Numbered from the stretch's first letter, positions 1 to 8,939 are shown. The stretch is 64,000 bases of DNA from Candidatus Microgenomatus sp. (GCA_020724555.1 DYGT01000001.1:65197-129196), one strand, 5' to 3'. The notes: generated by a model from the sequence alone, not told the origin. Program-made: numbers and translations.

Positions 1-47
1 AGCCAATTGTAGCCCAAAAACGGTATAATTTGAAGGAAGATCTTTTG

Positions 48-121
48 TACCAGGGGTGGGAGTCGAACCCACGACCTTCGGTTTATGAATCCGATGCTCT
101 AACCAACTGAGCTACCCTGGC
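48..121 (-). tRNA. tRNA with CAT anticodon, probably elongator tRNA-Met
   Basis: Reverse complement GCCAGGG TA GCTC AGTTGGTTA GAGC A TCGGA TTCATAA ACCGA AGGTC GTGGG TTCGACT CCCAC CCCTGGT A folds as a cloverleaf; A31:A39 mismatch; no encoded CCA. Confidence 0.9.
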
Positions 122-187
122 GAGTGTAATGAGAGAGGGCTAAGCTTTGCTTACCCTGGCTTACCCTCGTATTCTACCATAATAACT

Positions 188-216
188 AAAAAAAGCGCCC
201 CCGACGAGGCGCTTTT
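188..216 (-). terminator. Rho-independent terminator downstream of the tRNA at 225-294
   Basis: AAAAGCGCC-loop-GGCGCTTTT stem followed by a U-run on the minus strand. Confidence 0.75.
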
Positions 217-224
217 CGACTTTG

Positions 225-294
225 TTGCGGAGCCGGGGGTTGAACCCGGCCTGCGAGATTATGAGCCTCGCGTGCAGCCGTACACTACTCCGCA
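225..294 (-). tRNA. tRNA-Met(CAT), initiator-like
   Basis: TGCGGAG TA GTGT ACGGCT GCAC G CGAGG CTCATAA TCTCG CAGG CCGGG TTCAACC CCCGG CTCCGCA A; acceptor and T-arm resemble tRNA-fMet. Confidence 0.88.
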
Positions 295-391
295 TGTAAA
301 GACTATTATAAACCATTACCTCAAATTCGCAAATCAGCGGCCTTAAATTATCAACTCATAACGCTAGCCGTTATTAAAAGATTTTATTTTT

Positions 392-796
392 TTAGAGAAA
401 AAGTTCAAGCCAAGCTTCCCAGTTACGAAGCGGGCGCATTTCTTCGTCTGGTTTTTGGGTTCTGGGTGATAAACGGCGAAGCACATCTTCCTGGGGCAGC
501 ACAAGCACTACTTCGCCTTCGTGTACTAAATTAAGCTTATCGTGCGCTTCTTTATCCAGATATTGCCTACTTTGAATCATCTCCAGATCTTCTTTTAATT
601 GATCCTGAATCTCGTTTAGCTCAGTTAATTGATTTTTTGCAGATATTATTTGTTGCCGGGCATTTTTAATTTTAATTATATTTCTGCCAAGCGATAAACC
701 CATAACAATAAATATAAAAAGCAGAAATAGAGTTGATAAAGAACCAATTTTATGCTTAAAGTTTGGGAATTTTTGGATTAAATTTGAGTGACCCAT
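392..796 (-). CDS. Septum formation initiator, FtsB/DivIC family
   Basis: N-terminal TM helix, coiled coil, then 'YLDKEAHDKLNLVHEGE' DivIC-like motif. Confidence 0.75.
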   Translation of the reverse strand: MGHSNLIQKFPNFKHKIGSLSTLFLLFIFIVMGLSLGRNIIKIKNARQQIISAKNQLTELNEIQDQLKEDLEMIQSRQYLDKEAHDKLNLVHEGEVVLVLPQEDVLRRLSPRTQKPDEEMRPLRNWEAWLELFL

Positions 797-886
797 AATT
801 TTTTAAACACCTCTTTAATATTTTACCACGCCATTTCAGCTTATTTATAAAAAAATTAAATATTAAAAATTTAATATCTTATAATA

Positions 887-914
887 TTGACCAATTATAA
901 TTTTATGTTATGAT
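887..914 (+). promoter_or_regulatory. Sigma70-type promoter of the recombinase gene
   Basis: TTGACC-N16-TATGAT with extended -10 TG; TTATAAT-N8-ATTATAA palindrome overlaps the -35. Confidence 0.5.
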
Positions 915-945
915 ATAAGAACTGCCGATACCAAATAATTATAAG

Positions 946-1809
946 ATGTCAAACGAAACTTTTCACACACTTCTGCCTAAATTTATCGAGGATTTAGGAC
1001 AAAAAGGCCGGTCTCCCTCTACAATTCTAGCCTATAAAGCTGACCTTGAGCAGCTTGTCGATTACGCCACGCGCCACAGCAAATCCGAACCGGAACAAAT
1101 GGAGCCAACGGATATCGAAGCTTTCCGTGACTACCTTTTAACACAAAACTATACACCCAAAACAGTCTCGCGAAAACTTAATGCCATCAAAACTTTTTAT
1201 CGCTGGCTTATTGACGAAAAATTTATCACCCGCGACCCCTCAAAAGATGTAGGGCACCCAAAAATTGAATCATCTGTGCCAAAATTTTTATCACAGCTTG
1301 AATACCGGGCGCTTCGTGATGTAGTAAGAAGTGACCCCAGGATTGCCGCCATTATCGAGCTTATTCTTCAAACGGGCATGCGTATTTCGGAAGTAGCCAA
1401 CCTTAAGCGCTACAACATAGAAGAAGACCGTCTGACAATTGAAGCGCATGCTACCCAGCCCGGGCGCAAGGTGGAACTAAACGAAGCTGCGAGAAATGCC
1501 ATAAACGAATATCTGGAAGTGCGGCCTAAAGCTGAATCTGAATTTTTGTTTGTCAGCAAAAACGGCAAGCCACTGGCCGTTAGAAATATCCGAGCAGCCA
1601 TCGACCGCTATATGGAAAAAGCCGGTATGCCCCAATACTCAGTCAACGACATCCGCACAACTTTTATCGTCGAAAACTTAAAGCGTGGCGTCGATTTGGT
1701 AACGGTTTCACAAGCAGCTGGCCACAAACGCCTATCCACCACAGAGCGGTATTTGGAGCTCGCGGACATCAAAGAGCCCGGTAAAGAGCAAAAACTCGAA
1801 GAGCTTTAA
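946..1809 (+). CDS. XerC/XerD-like tyrosine recombinase
   Basis: SAM-like N-domain (SPSTILAY..DL), TGMRISE, NDIRTT (HxxR variant), AGH...TTERY. Confidence 0.9.
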   Translation: MSNETFHTLLPKFIEDLGQKGRSPSTILAYKADLEQLVDYATRHSKSEPEQMEPTDIEAFRDYLLTQNYTPKTVSRKLNAIKTFYRWLIDEKFITRDPSKDVGHPKIESSVPKFLSQLEYRALRDVVRSDPRIAAIIELILQTGMRISEVANLKRYNIEEDRLTIEAHATQPGRKVELNEAARNAINEYLEVRPKAESEFLFVSKNGKPLAVRNIRAAIDRYMEKAGMPQYSVNDIRTTFIVENLKRGVDLVTVSQAAGHKRLSTTERYLELADIKEPGKEQKLEEL

Positions 1810-1843
1810 ACTTCATATTAGTGGATGTACATCGGCGGTCTTG

Positions 1844-1881
1844 TGGGCCAGGATGGATTCAAACCATCGACTTCCAACTTA
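1844..1881 (-). repeat. 3'-half tRNA fragment (att-like relic)
   Basis: TAA GTTGG AAGTC GATGG TTTGAAT CCATC CTGGCCC A gives 3' anticodon strand, variable loop, T-arm and acceptor strand; no 5' half. Confidence 0.65.
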
Positions 1882-1917
1882 CGTTAACTAATTGTTAACG
1901 CACCAAAATGGAGTTTG

Positions 1918-1990
1918 TGGATGTGCATGGATTTGAACCATGGACCCCCGACTTATAAGATCGGTGCTCTAACCGCTGAGCTACACATCC
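1918..1990 (-). tRNA. tRNA-Ile(TAT/UAU)
   Basis: GGATGTG TA GCTC AGCGGTTA GAGC A CCGAT CTTATAA GTCGG GGGTC CATGG TTCAAAT CCATG CACATCC A; intact cloverleaf, anticodon TAT. Confidence 0.92.
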
Positions 1991-2042
1991 ATTTTGGTGT
2001 AAGATTGACAGAGGTATAATATTTTACCAAACCGAAGCTATT

Positions 2043-4364
2043 TTATTTAAATTTATTCCTTCTGTCTATCTCTGCCTCAACTTGCCTTACGTCACGCCCA
2101 TATTTAAGCCTGCTCATTTCTTTTATTATCTCTGCCACTTTCGGGTTTCCTTTCTTCGCAATCTCGTTTAAATCCATAGTCAAATCCATACTAAACGGCG
2201 GCACAGGTTCGTTATTGACGATGGTTTTTATATAAACATTATAGCGCTCAATGTTTAACAAATCCTCCTCACTAAAAGTAGGAGCATATTCGTGCGTTAA
2301 ATAACTTGCATCATTAACACCCACACGGTAGGAAATCAAAGTACCCACGTTTCCGAAAACTGCGTTTTTAACTTCCTCGTCCACCTGACCAATAAACTGG
2401 TTTGCCACGGTCAGGCTTAACTTGTATTTTCGCGCTTCGGACAAAATTTGGGCAAAATCCGGTGTGGCAAAATTCTGAAACTCGTCAACATATAGATAAA
2501 AATTGCGCCTTTGCTCTTCCGGGATATCTGCCCGACTCATAGCAGCCATTAAGATTCTTGGTACTAAAACCAAGCCCAAAAAACTGCTGTTTTCTTCGCC
2601 AAGCTCTCCTTTGGAAAGATTAATCAGAAGAATCTTTCCCTCATCCATAACGCGTCTGAAGTCAAACGAAGAACGAGATTGCCCCACAATATTGCGGATA
2701 GTCCTATTGCCTACAAAGCGCCCGAATTTAGATACCGTATAATCCAATACTTCGGATTTGTGAAAATCTGAGGTTTGCGCAATCTGATCCTGCCAATAAC
2801 TCCTTACCATTGGATCATGAACATTAGGCAAGAGCTCACGTACAAAATCTGAATTAGTCATAACCCGCATCACTTCAATAAATGTGCCGCCTTCCATTCC
2901 TTGCATAACTGTGAGCATTGCATTTCGCACCCCATGTTCAAACCTGGGTCCCACTATCCCCGTTTTATAAGGATCAAAAAGCTTATACATCATATTAATA
3001 ACGGCTGTGGCTGCAAAATGCTGCTGGTCTTCATTTGCCGCTTCCAAAAGGTTTAAGCCCATGGGCCGCTCGGTATCAGAAGGACGAAAATAAATAACAT
3101 CTTCCACACGGCTTGGGGGCACAAAATTTAAAATATCTTCAACCGCGTCTCCGTGCGGATCCATAAAACAAAGACCATGACCGGCTTCAATATCTTGCCT
3201 AATCATAGATTTTAAAAACTCGCTTTTCCCAGTCCCTGTGCGGCCAATAATATACATATGTCTTTGCCGGTCCGACTCGGAAATAAACACATCCCTGGAA
3301 ACCCCACGGTAGTTGCTTTTCCCCAAAAAAAGTCCTTCCTGAGGAATTTGGGCCGGGGCAGGCGCGGTTTTTGCATTCAGCCAATAAATATGGGGCGTGG
3401 TAATTAATTTATTGGGAAAATGAAAAATGGTCGCCAATTCTTCACTATTTAAAATAGACACCCTACTGCCCAAACGAAACATAGGCTGATAACGGTAAAT
3501 AAAATTGGTTATAAAAGCAGATTTATTGCGAATTTTTTTGCTCCCCAAACTGTTAAGCTCACTATTAAACTGAGAAAAAGCGCTTGTAATATTGGATAAG
3601 TGAGCCTTCGCCATTTCTATGGTTTCAGACACAACTACAACGCGGATATTTGTATCAAATCCAGGTTTGCTTATTTTATTTTCTATCGCTTCCAGGGTTT
3701 TGGCAGGAACTGCGTATTTGGCTTTTTCCGGGTCGGCCTCCTGTTTTTTAGTTGAAGATATAAATGATTTACCTGCACCCTGCCAACTTGATTCAGCGGG
3801 TGATAATAAAATCTGCACAACCGCTGCTTCATCTTTACCCATTTTGGCCATGGCAGACGTTATGGATGCCAAAGGGTCTACCGGTAAATCTTTATAAGTT
3901 TTTAAGGGTAGATAGTTTTCTTTTTTCAGCTCAAGGGCTTTGTAAGCAACTTTACCGGTTTCGTTAAAAATGTTATATTCGTCAACAACACTAATTTTCG
4001 CATCAGGATAAGCCCCATGCACCTGTTTTTCTACCAAATCTCTTAAGGCACCCGTCGTCCAGATATAAAAACGAATGTCCTCAGAGCGGGCGACGATTTC
4101 AAAGGATATGACCGGCTGACTATCAAAACGCATTTTCCATCCGCCTTTTTTTATTGAATAAAGCGAGGCAAACAACTGCTCCATGGCATCAATTTTTATT
4201 TCATTGTTGCGCTGAACTGCAACCAACAACAAAATCCCATCCAAAGAGCGCTCTTCCCTTTTTCTGTTGCGGTAAAGAATAAAAAAATAGTATGCAAATA
4301 AAAAAAACAAAAAAAAGACTATTGTGCCGCCAACTAAAACTGGAATTAATAAATTAATATCCAT
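2043..4364 (-). CDS. VirD4/TraD/TrwB-like type IV coupling ATPase (CPR type)
   Basis: N-terminal TM; RHMYIIGRTGTGKS Walker A; MDPHGD; LYVDEFQNF Walker B; SEARKY, ANQ. Confidence 0.85.
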   Translation of the reverse strand: MDINLLIPVLVGGTIVFFLFFLFAYYFFILYRNRKREERSLDGILLLVAVQRNNEIKIDAMEQLFASLYSIKKGGWKMRFDSQPVISFEIVARSEDIRFYIWTTGALRDLVEKQVHGAYPDAKISVVDEYNIFNETGKVAYKALELKKENYLPLKTYKDLPVDPLASITSAMAKMGKDEAAVVQILLSPAESSWQGAGKSFISSTKKQEADPEKAKYAVPAKTLEAIENKISKPGFDTNIRVVVVSETIEMAKAHLSNITSAFSQFNSELNSLGSKKIRNKSAFITNFIYRYQPMFRLGSRVSILNSEELATIFHFPNKLITTPHIYWLNAKTAPAPAQIPQEGLFLGKSNYRGVSRDVFISESDRQRHMYIIGRTGTGKSEFLKSMIRQDIEAGHGLCFMDPHGDAVEDILNFVPPSRVEDVIYFRPSDTERPMGLNLLEAANEDQQHFAATAVINMMYKLFDPYKTGIVGPRFEHGVRNAMLTVMQGMEGGTFIEVMRVMTNSDFVRELLPNVHDPMVRSYWQDQIAQTSDFHKSEVLDYTVSKFGRFVGNRTIRNIVGQSRSSFDFRRVMDEGKILLINLSKGELGEENSSFLGLVLVPRILMAAMSRADIPEEQRRNFYLYVDEFQNFATPDFAQILSEARKYKLSLTVANQFIGQVDEEVKNAVFGNVGTLISYRVGVNDASYLTHEYAPTFSEEDLLNIERYNVYIKTIVNNEPVPPFSMDLTMDLNEIAKKGNPKVAEIIKEMSRLKYGRDVRQVEAEIDRRNKFK

Positions 4365-4368
4365 AAGT

Positions 4369-4704
4369 TTATTTTCCCACAACCGCTTGAAAACCACGCT
4401 TTAATGCCATATGTATCGCTCGAAGGATTGCCACACCGCTCCAAGTACGAGCTTCTGAATCTGAACCCTTTGACCAGGATTTTGCAGTTTTTTCGTCCGC
4501 CGGAACGACAACGATTTTTGCCGGATCCATATTGGCAACGGGATCTGTGGTCTTTGCAATAGTCCGCTTGTCATCAGTTATTGACTGTGCCTGAGCAGGG
4601 CGCGGTGTTATCCCCTGTTCTGCCATAGATTCGGTAACGTCAACAGTTTCCGGGGTAAACTGAATCTTATTGGGTTTGGTATTAATATTTTCGGGCGAGG
4701 ACAT
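4369..4704 (-). CDS. Hypothetical protein
   Basis: 111-aa ORF filling the gap between pduO and the ATPase; TACAAT 8 nt upstream of ATG. Confidence 0.65.
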   Translation of the reverse strand: MSSPENINTKPNKIQFTPETVDVTESMAEQGITPRPAQAQSITDDKRTIAKTTDPVANMDPAKIVVVPADEKTAKSWSKGSDSEARTWSGVAILRAIHMALKRGFQAVVGK

Positions 4705-4718
4705 GTACCCTCATTGTA

Positions 4719-5264
4719 TCACTTTGGCATTCCCTTCCAAGGAGTTTCTTTAATGCCAGCCAAATAATTTTCCAACCTGGCAAAAGTAAACATCATATCA
4801 GACAGGCGGTTCATGAATCTTATAGTTTCAGGTTCCACTTGGGAATTTTGCGCCAGAAAAACAAGGGCCCTTTCAGCCCTTCGCACCAGCGTGCGGGCAT
4901 AATGAAGGTGAGCAGCGATCAAGGTTCCGCCGGGCAAAATAAAATTACTCAAAGGGGTAATAACTTTGTCTATTTGATCAATTTTTTTCTCAAGCACCGC
5001 GGTGTCGCCTTTTTTCAGCTTAAGGTCAGCCCCTGCAAGCTGGGAGTTGATTAAAAACAGTTTTGTTTGGATTGTTATGAGTGAATCAACAAGCTCGCGC
5101 CTTGGATTCAAAGCAATAATTATTCCTAAATAACTATTTAGCTCATCTAATTTTCCTATAGCCTGAAGGCGCGGCTCGCTTTTATAAATTCGCCTTCCCC
5201 GGGTTAATTCTTTAGAAAAAAGAGTGGTTGTACCTTGGTCGCCTTTTTTTGTGTAAATCGGCAT
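4719..5264 (-). CDS. pduO: ATP:cob(I)alamin adenosyltransferase, PduO type
   Basis: IYTKKGDQGTT, GKLDELNS, FILPGG, ARTLVRRAER, NRLSD motifs. Confidence 0.93.
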   Translation of the reverse strand: MPIYTKKGDQGTTTLFSKELTRGRRIYKSEPRLQAIGKLDELNSYLGIIIALNPRRELVDSLITIQTKLFLINSQLAGADLKLKKGDTAVLEKKIDQIDKVITPLSNFILPGGTLIAAHLHYARTLVRRAERALVFLAQNSQVEPETIRFMNRLSDMMFTFARLENYLAGIKETPWKGMPK

Positions 5265-5270
5265 CTTATT

Positions 5271-7742
5271 TTAACATTCGCTGTGGCCGCAAACATAACA
5301 TTTTGAACACCCCTCCTCGTAAACCAAAGCACTTGCCCCGCAATTCGGGCAGATATCTGCTTTAACCACGCTTTCTTGTAAAAACATATTTTCTTGCGCA
5401 GCCGACACTTCAAGAAGTGGCTCTTGTTTGCTAAAACCGTTTGTATGGCCATTTTTTTGCGTATGTCCATTATCGACAGGAATCTCACCCACATCCTCTT
5501 TTAAATTAAGATGCGTAGATATAGCCACAGCTACGGCATCCGGAAGAGAACGTATACGATTGGCTCCAAAACCCACAGAACGCCGGCCGCCAATGCCAGA
5601 AAGCTGTTTAGCTATTTCAATTGCGCGCTCCCGCGGAGTTAAAGCCCCACGGAAACGGAGTGCGGTTGATACGGTCCTACCCAAAGCTTCTGCCACCGCA
5701 GTGATATCCGAGCCGGCTTTGCCGACGTTAATAAATATTTCTATTGGCTCTCCTTGGGCATTTTCATTAATAGTGATAAAGGCATTGCCCATAGGAGTAT
5801 TCATTTTGTAAGTTGCACCGGTTACTTTTAAAGGGCGCTCGAGCGTGGGTTCATAATTCTCCTCAGCTTCCTGTTTAGGCTTTTGGTCATTTTTTATGCC
5901 CATGTTTAAAACCTGCGCATCTTTACAGCCGTCACGAAAAACGGTAATGCCTTTACAATTATTTTCCCAGGCCAATAAATATGCATCTTTAATATCCTTG
6001 TCTGTCACGGAGTTGCGCATATTAATGGTTTTGCTGACTGCGTTTTCCGTATATTTTTGGAAAGCCGCTTGCATTTTTATATGCCAGTCGTGATGTATCT
6101 CATGTGCTGTACCAAATACGCGCCTCACTCCATCGGGAACCTCGGCTATATCTCTAACCGTTCCGTGTTCGCCAATTTTTCTTTCCAGTTCGGCGTTCCA
6201 AAACCCTTGCTTTTGAGCGATTTCTTTAAACTTCGGGTTTACAAAAGTAAGCGTACGCTCAAGGTGTTTATCTTTAACAATATGCTGGTAGGCTATCGCA
6301 AATATGGGCTCAATTCCGCTACTTGTACCGGCAATTATTGAAATTGTGCCGGTTGGCGCTATGGTAGTTACTGTAGAATTGCGCCGCGGCTTGTCATTTT
6401 TGTAGATACTTATCTCCCACAAAGGGAAAGCACCGCGCTCGCGAGCAAGCTTTTCGCTTTCCGCTACCGCTTCTTTTTGAATTACCTGCATAACTTTTTC
6501 ACCTAAATTCAAAGCTTCGCGCGAATCATAAGCAATCCCCAGATCAATTAACAAATCGGCCCACCCCCCAACACCCAGACCTATCCTTCTAATTGCCAAT
6601 GAGGTACGGCGGATCTGGTCCAAAGGGTACGGATTCATTTCTATAACATTGTCCATAAAACGCACTGCTTGCCTGGTTACTTTTTTAAGTTTATCCCAAT
6701 CAACATCTCGTCCTTCCTTTTTTTCAGTGACAAAATATGACAAAAATATCGAACCTAAATTACACGAATCAAACGGGTACAAAGGTTGTTCACCACAAGG
6801 ATTGGTGGATTCCACCGGACCTAAAGCGGGCACTGGATTCGCAGCACCTTCGTTCATTTTGTCTAAAAATACCAATCCCGGGTCACCCGTTTTCCAAGCG
6901 CTTTCGGCAATTTCATCAAAAATTTTTCTTGCGGACAAAGATCCTGCCACCTTTTTTGTTCTTGGATCTATAAGGTCATAATTTTCATCGTTTTTATAAG
7001 CTTCAATAAAATCGTTGGTTATGGCTACAGATATATTAAAATTAGTTATATCGCCCGTATCCTTGCAGTGGATAAACTCCTCAATATCGGGGTGATCAAC
7101 ACGTAAAATCCCCATGTTAGCTCCTCGCCTTTTGCCGCCTTGTTTTACTTCGTTGGTCGCGGCATCAAAAATCCGCATAAAAGAAACCGGGCCCGAAGCC
7201 GTACCGCTACTGCTTCTCACCATCGAACCTTTGGGCCGCAAACGGGAAAATGAAAAGCCCGTTCCCCCTCCACTTTTATGAATTAACGCCTGGTATTTAA
7301 GCGCATCAAAAATACCTTCTATCGAATCTTCTACAGGAAGGACAAAACAAGCTGAAAATTGAAGCATATTTCCGGTTCCGGCATTCATAAGAGTAGGAGA
7401 ATTCGGTAAAAATTCACGACTGACTAAAAGTTTGTAATATTCCTTGGCGTGGGCTACCACCTCGCGTTTTGTTTGTCCCCACAACGCCTCTGCCGAGGCA
7501 ATTTCCCAAGAAACTCTCCAGCACATATCTTCAGGCGTTTCGACAACCTCTCCTTTTTCATTTTTTTGTAAATACCTTTCCTCTAATACCTTTAAAGCCT
7601 GTTCTGTCCAATTCCCTTGAGGAAGGTTGTTAGGCAGAGGTGGAAGCTCACCGACTATTTTTATAATTTTGGCTTTATTTTCCTCGTAAGAAGCAAATTC
7701 TAAGTTTTCTAATGTAGGTATTTGTTTATTTTTTCTTGGCAT
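5271..7742 (-). CDS. nrdJ: Class II adenosylcobalamin-dependent ribonucleotide reductase
   Basis: FLPNSPTLMNAG, SACFV, TNPCGEQ, TIAPTGTIS, KGITVFRDG; C-terminal TSCPD-like domain and CPNC..C..CGHSEC zinc ribbon. Confidence 0.95.
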   Translation of the reverse strand: MPRKNKQIPTLENLEFASYEENKAKIIKIVGELPPLPNNLPQGNWTEQALKVLEERYLQKNEKGEVVETPEDMCWRVSWEIASAEALWGQTKREVVAHAKEYYKLLVSREFLPNSPTLMNAGTGNMLQFSACFVLPVEDSIEGIFDALKYQALIHKSGGGTGFSFSRLRPKGSMVRSSSGTASGPVSFMRIFDAATNEVKQGGKRRGANMGILRVDHPDIEEFIHCKDTGDITNFNISVAITNDFIEAYKNDENYDLIDPRTKKVAGSLSARKIFDEIAESAWKTGDPGLVFLDKMNEGAANPVPALGPVESTNPCGEQPLYPFDSCNLGSIFLSYFVTEKKEGRDVDWDKLKKVTRQAVRFMDNVIEMNPYPLDQIRRTSLAIRRIGLGVGGWADLLIDLGIAYDSREALNLGEKVMQVIQKEAVAESEKLARERGAFPLWEISIYKNDKPRRNSTVTTIAPTGTISIIAGTSSGIEPIFAIAYQHIVKDKHLERTLTFVNPKFKEIAQKQGFWNAELERKIGEHGTVRDIAEVPDGVRRVFGTAHEIHHDWHIKMQAAFQKYTENAVSKTINMRNSVTDKDIKDAYLLAWENNCKGITVFRDGCKDAQVLNMGIKNDQKPKQEAEENYEPTLERPLKVTGATYKMNTPMGNAFITINENAQGEPIEIFINVGKAGSDITAVAEALGRTVSTALRFRGALTPRERAIEIAKQLSGIGGRRSVGFGANRIRSLPDAVAVAISTHLNLKEDVGEIPVDNGHTQKNGHTNGFSKQEPLLEVSAAQENMFLQESVVKADICPNCGASALVYEEGCSKCYVCGHSEC

Positions 7743-8186
7743 TTATTTACCTTCTATAGCTTTTTCAAAATCTGTCAAAACTTCAAATTCCAAATATACG
7801 CTGGCAAATCTCAACCAGGCTACTCTATCAACTTTTTTAAGTCTCTTCAAGACTGCAGAACCAATTTCTTTTGAAGATACTTCTTCACGCTCATGCCTAA
7901 GCATCTCCCGCTCTACCTGGTCAACTAATTCATTAACGTACTCCAAAGAAATCGGTCTTTTTTCTATGGCCCTTAATACTCCCCTTTTAATTTTTTCGCG
8001 ATCAAAGGGTTCCCGCCGACCGCTTTTTTTTACCACCCATAAAACACTGCCTTTTACCTTTTCGTAGGTGGTAAAGCGTTTCTTGCATTTACTGCATTTT
8101 CTCCGCCTTCTGACGGCATCACCCTCGTCAACCACGCGTGACTCCAGTACTTGTGTATCGATATTAGAACAAAAAGGACATTTCAT
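7743..8186 (-). CDS. nrdR: Transcriptional repressor NrdR
   Basis: MKCPFC, ESR, RRRRKC..C..RFTTYE, ATP cone, RFASVY. Confidence 0.97.
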   Translation of the reverse strand: MKCPFCSNIDTQVLESRVVDEGDAVRRRRKCSKCKKRFTTYEKVKGSVLWVVKKSGRREPFDREKIKRGVLRAIEKRPISLEYVNELVDQVEREMLRHEREEVSSKEIGSAVLKRLKKVDRVAWLRFASVYLEFEVLTDFEKAIEGK

Positions 8187-8201
8187 GTATGAAACAAAAA
8201 A

Positions 8202-8249
8202 ACACTACTAACAGTGACAGTATTTATACTCTAACACTAAATGTAGTAT
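8202..8249. promoter_or_regulatory. Tandem NrdR boxes
   Basis: ACACTACTAACAGTGA (8202-8217) and ACACTAAATGTAGTAT (8234-8249) resemble the acaCwAtATaTwGtgt consensus, 32 bp apart; TTGACA adjacent on the minus strand. Confidence 0.8.
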
Positions 8250-8279
8250 GTCAACCAGATAATAATCACTCAAACCATA

Positions 8280-8894
8280 TCAATTTTTAAAAGGGTTGGG
8301 TGGAGGGGTTTTTCCACTTTCATTTAATAGCTGTGTCGTTTTTTCGTAAACCATTCTTGCATAGTCGTTTATCTGATTAACAATTGGCTGAGCATCTTCC
8401 GGAGATGAACTGCGCAAATCTTCAAGCACTTGCCAGTGTTTTAGAGACGCAACAGCCAAAGTGTAGGCAAATTCTTCAACACTCACTCCCTCTTCCTTTG
8501 CCTTTATCATATAATTATAACTATTTTCTAAATACATTCCGGATTTTTTGGCAGCCGCTACTCCGCTTTCGTAATCCCCTTTGCGGTACATGACAATACT
8601 TGACCCAAGCCGTTTGTCTGCTAAAAGAAGCGACGCTTCGGCCTTACTCAATGAATTTTGTTTAAACAAAAGCAGTACTCTGTCGCGTACAACCTTTATC
8701 GGCCAAAGAATGCTATTGGGGTGAATATTCCCAGGATAAGGCAAATTATAATCAACTTTATTTATCACTTTTGTCGCAGTCACATTCGGCAAATACTGAA
8801 AATCGTACTGCAAAGATGAGGCTTTATAAACAGATGTGAACAAAATTGCCAAAGCAAAAAATAAAAAAACAGGTACGGCAATTATGCGGGCCAT
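8280..8894 (-). CDS. DUF5667-like membrane-anchored helical protein
   Basis: N-terminal TM; LPYPG.I.P.S.LWP.K..RD and LADKRL motifs typical of this CPR family. Confidence 0.7.
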   Translation of the reverse strand: MARIIAVPVFLFFALAILFTSVYKASSLQYDFQYLPNVTATKVINKVDYNLPYPGNIHPNSILWPIKVVRDRVLLLFKQNSLSKAEASLLLADKRLGSSIVMYRKGDYESGVAAAKKSGMYLENSYNYMIKAKEEGVSVEEFAYTLAVASLKHWQVLEDLRSSSPEDAQPIVNQINDYARMVYEKTTQLLNESGKTPPPNPFKN

Positions 8895-8939
8895 CAGCAA
8901 TCAAATGCTAAACCATAAAACCCACACAGTCAACCTAAA

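Noticed and set aside
886-913. dif site (TTATGTTA resembles the XerD arm)
   Set aside because: No XerC arm at 6-bp spacing, overlaps a -10 element, and lies only about 47 kb from oriC
946-4364. Intact ICE or prophage at the tRNA cluster (recombinase plus coupling protein)
   Set aside because: No relaxase or phage genes and no long matching att pair; flanks are housekeeping genes
5271-7742. Intein or intron in nrdJ
   Set aside because: Frame is continuous; NPCGEQ and flanking motifs are uninterrupted
8187-8279. Cobalamin riboswitch upstream of nrdR-nrdJ
   Set aside because: Region too short and AT-rich; explained by NrdR boxes and promoter
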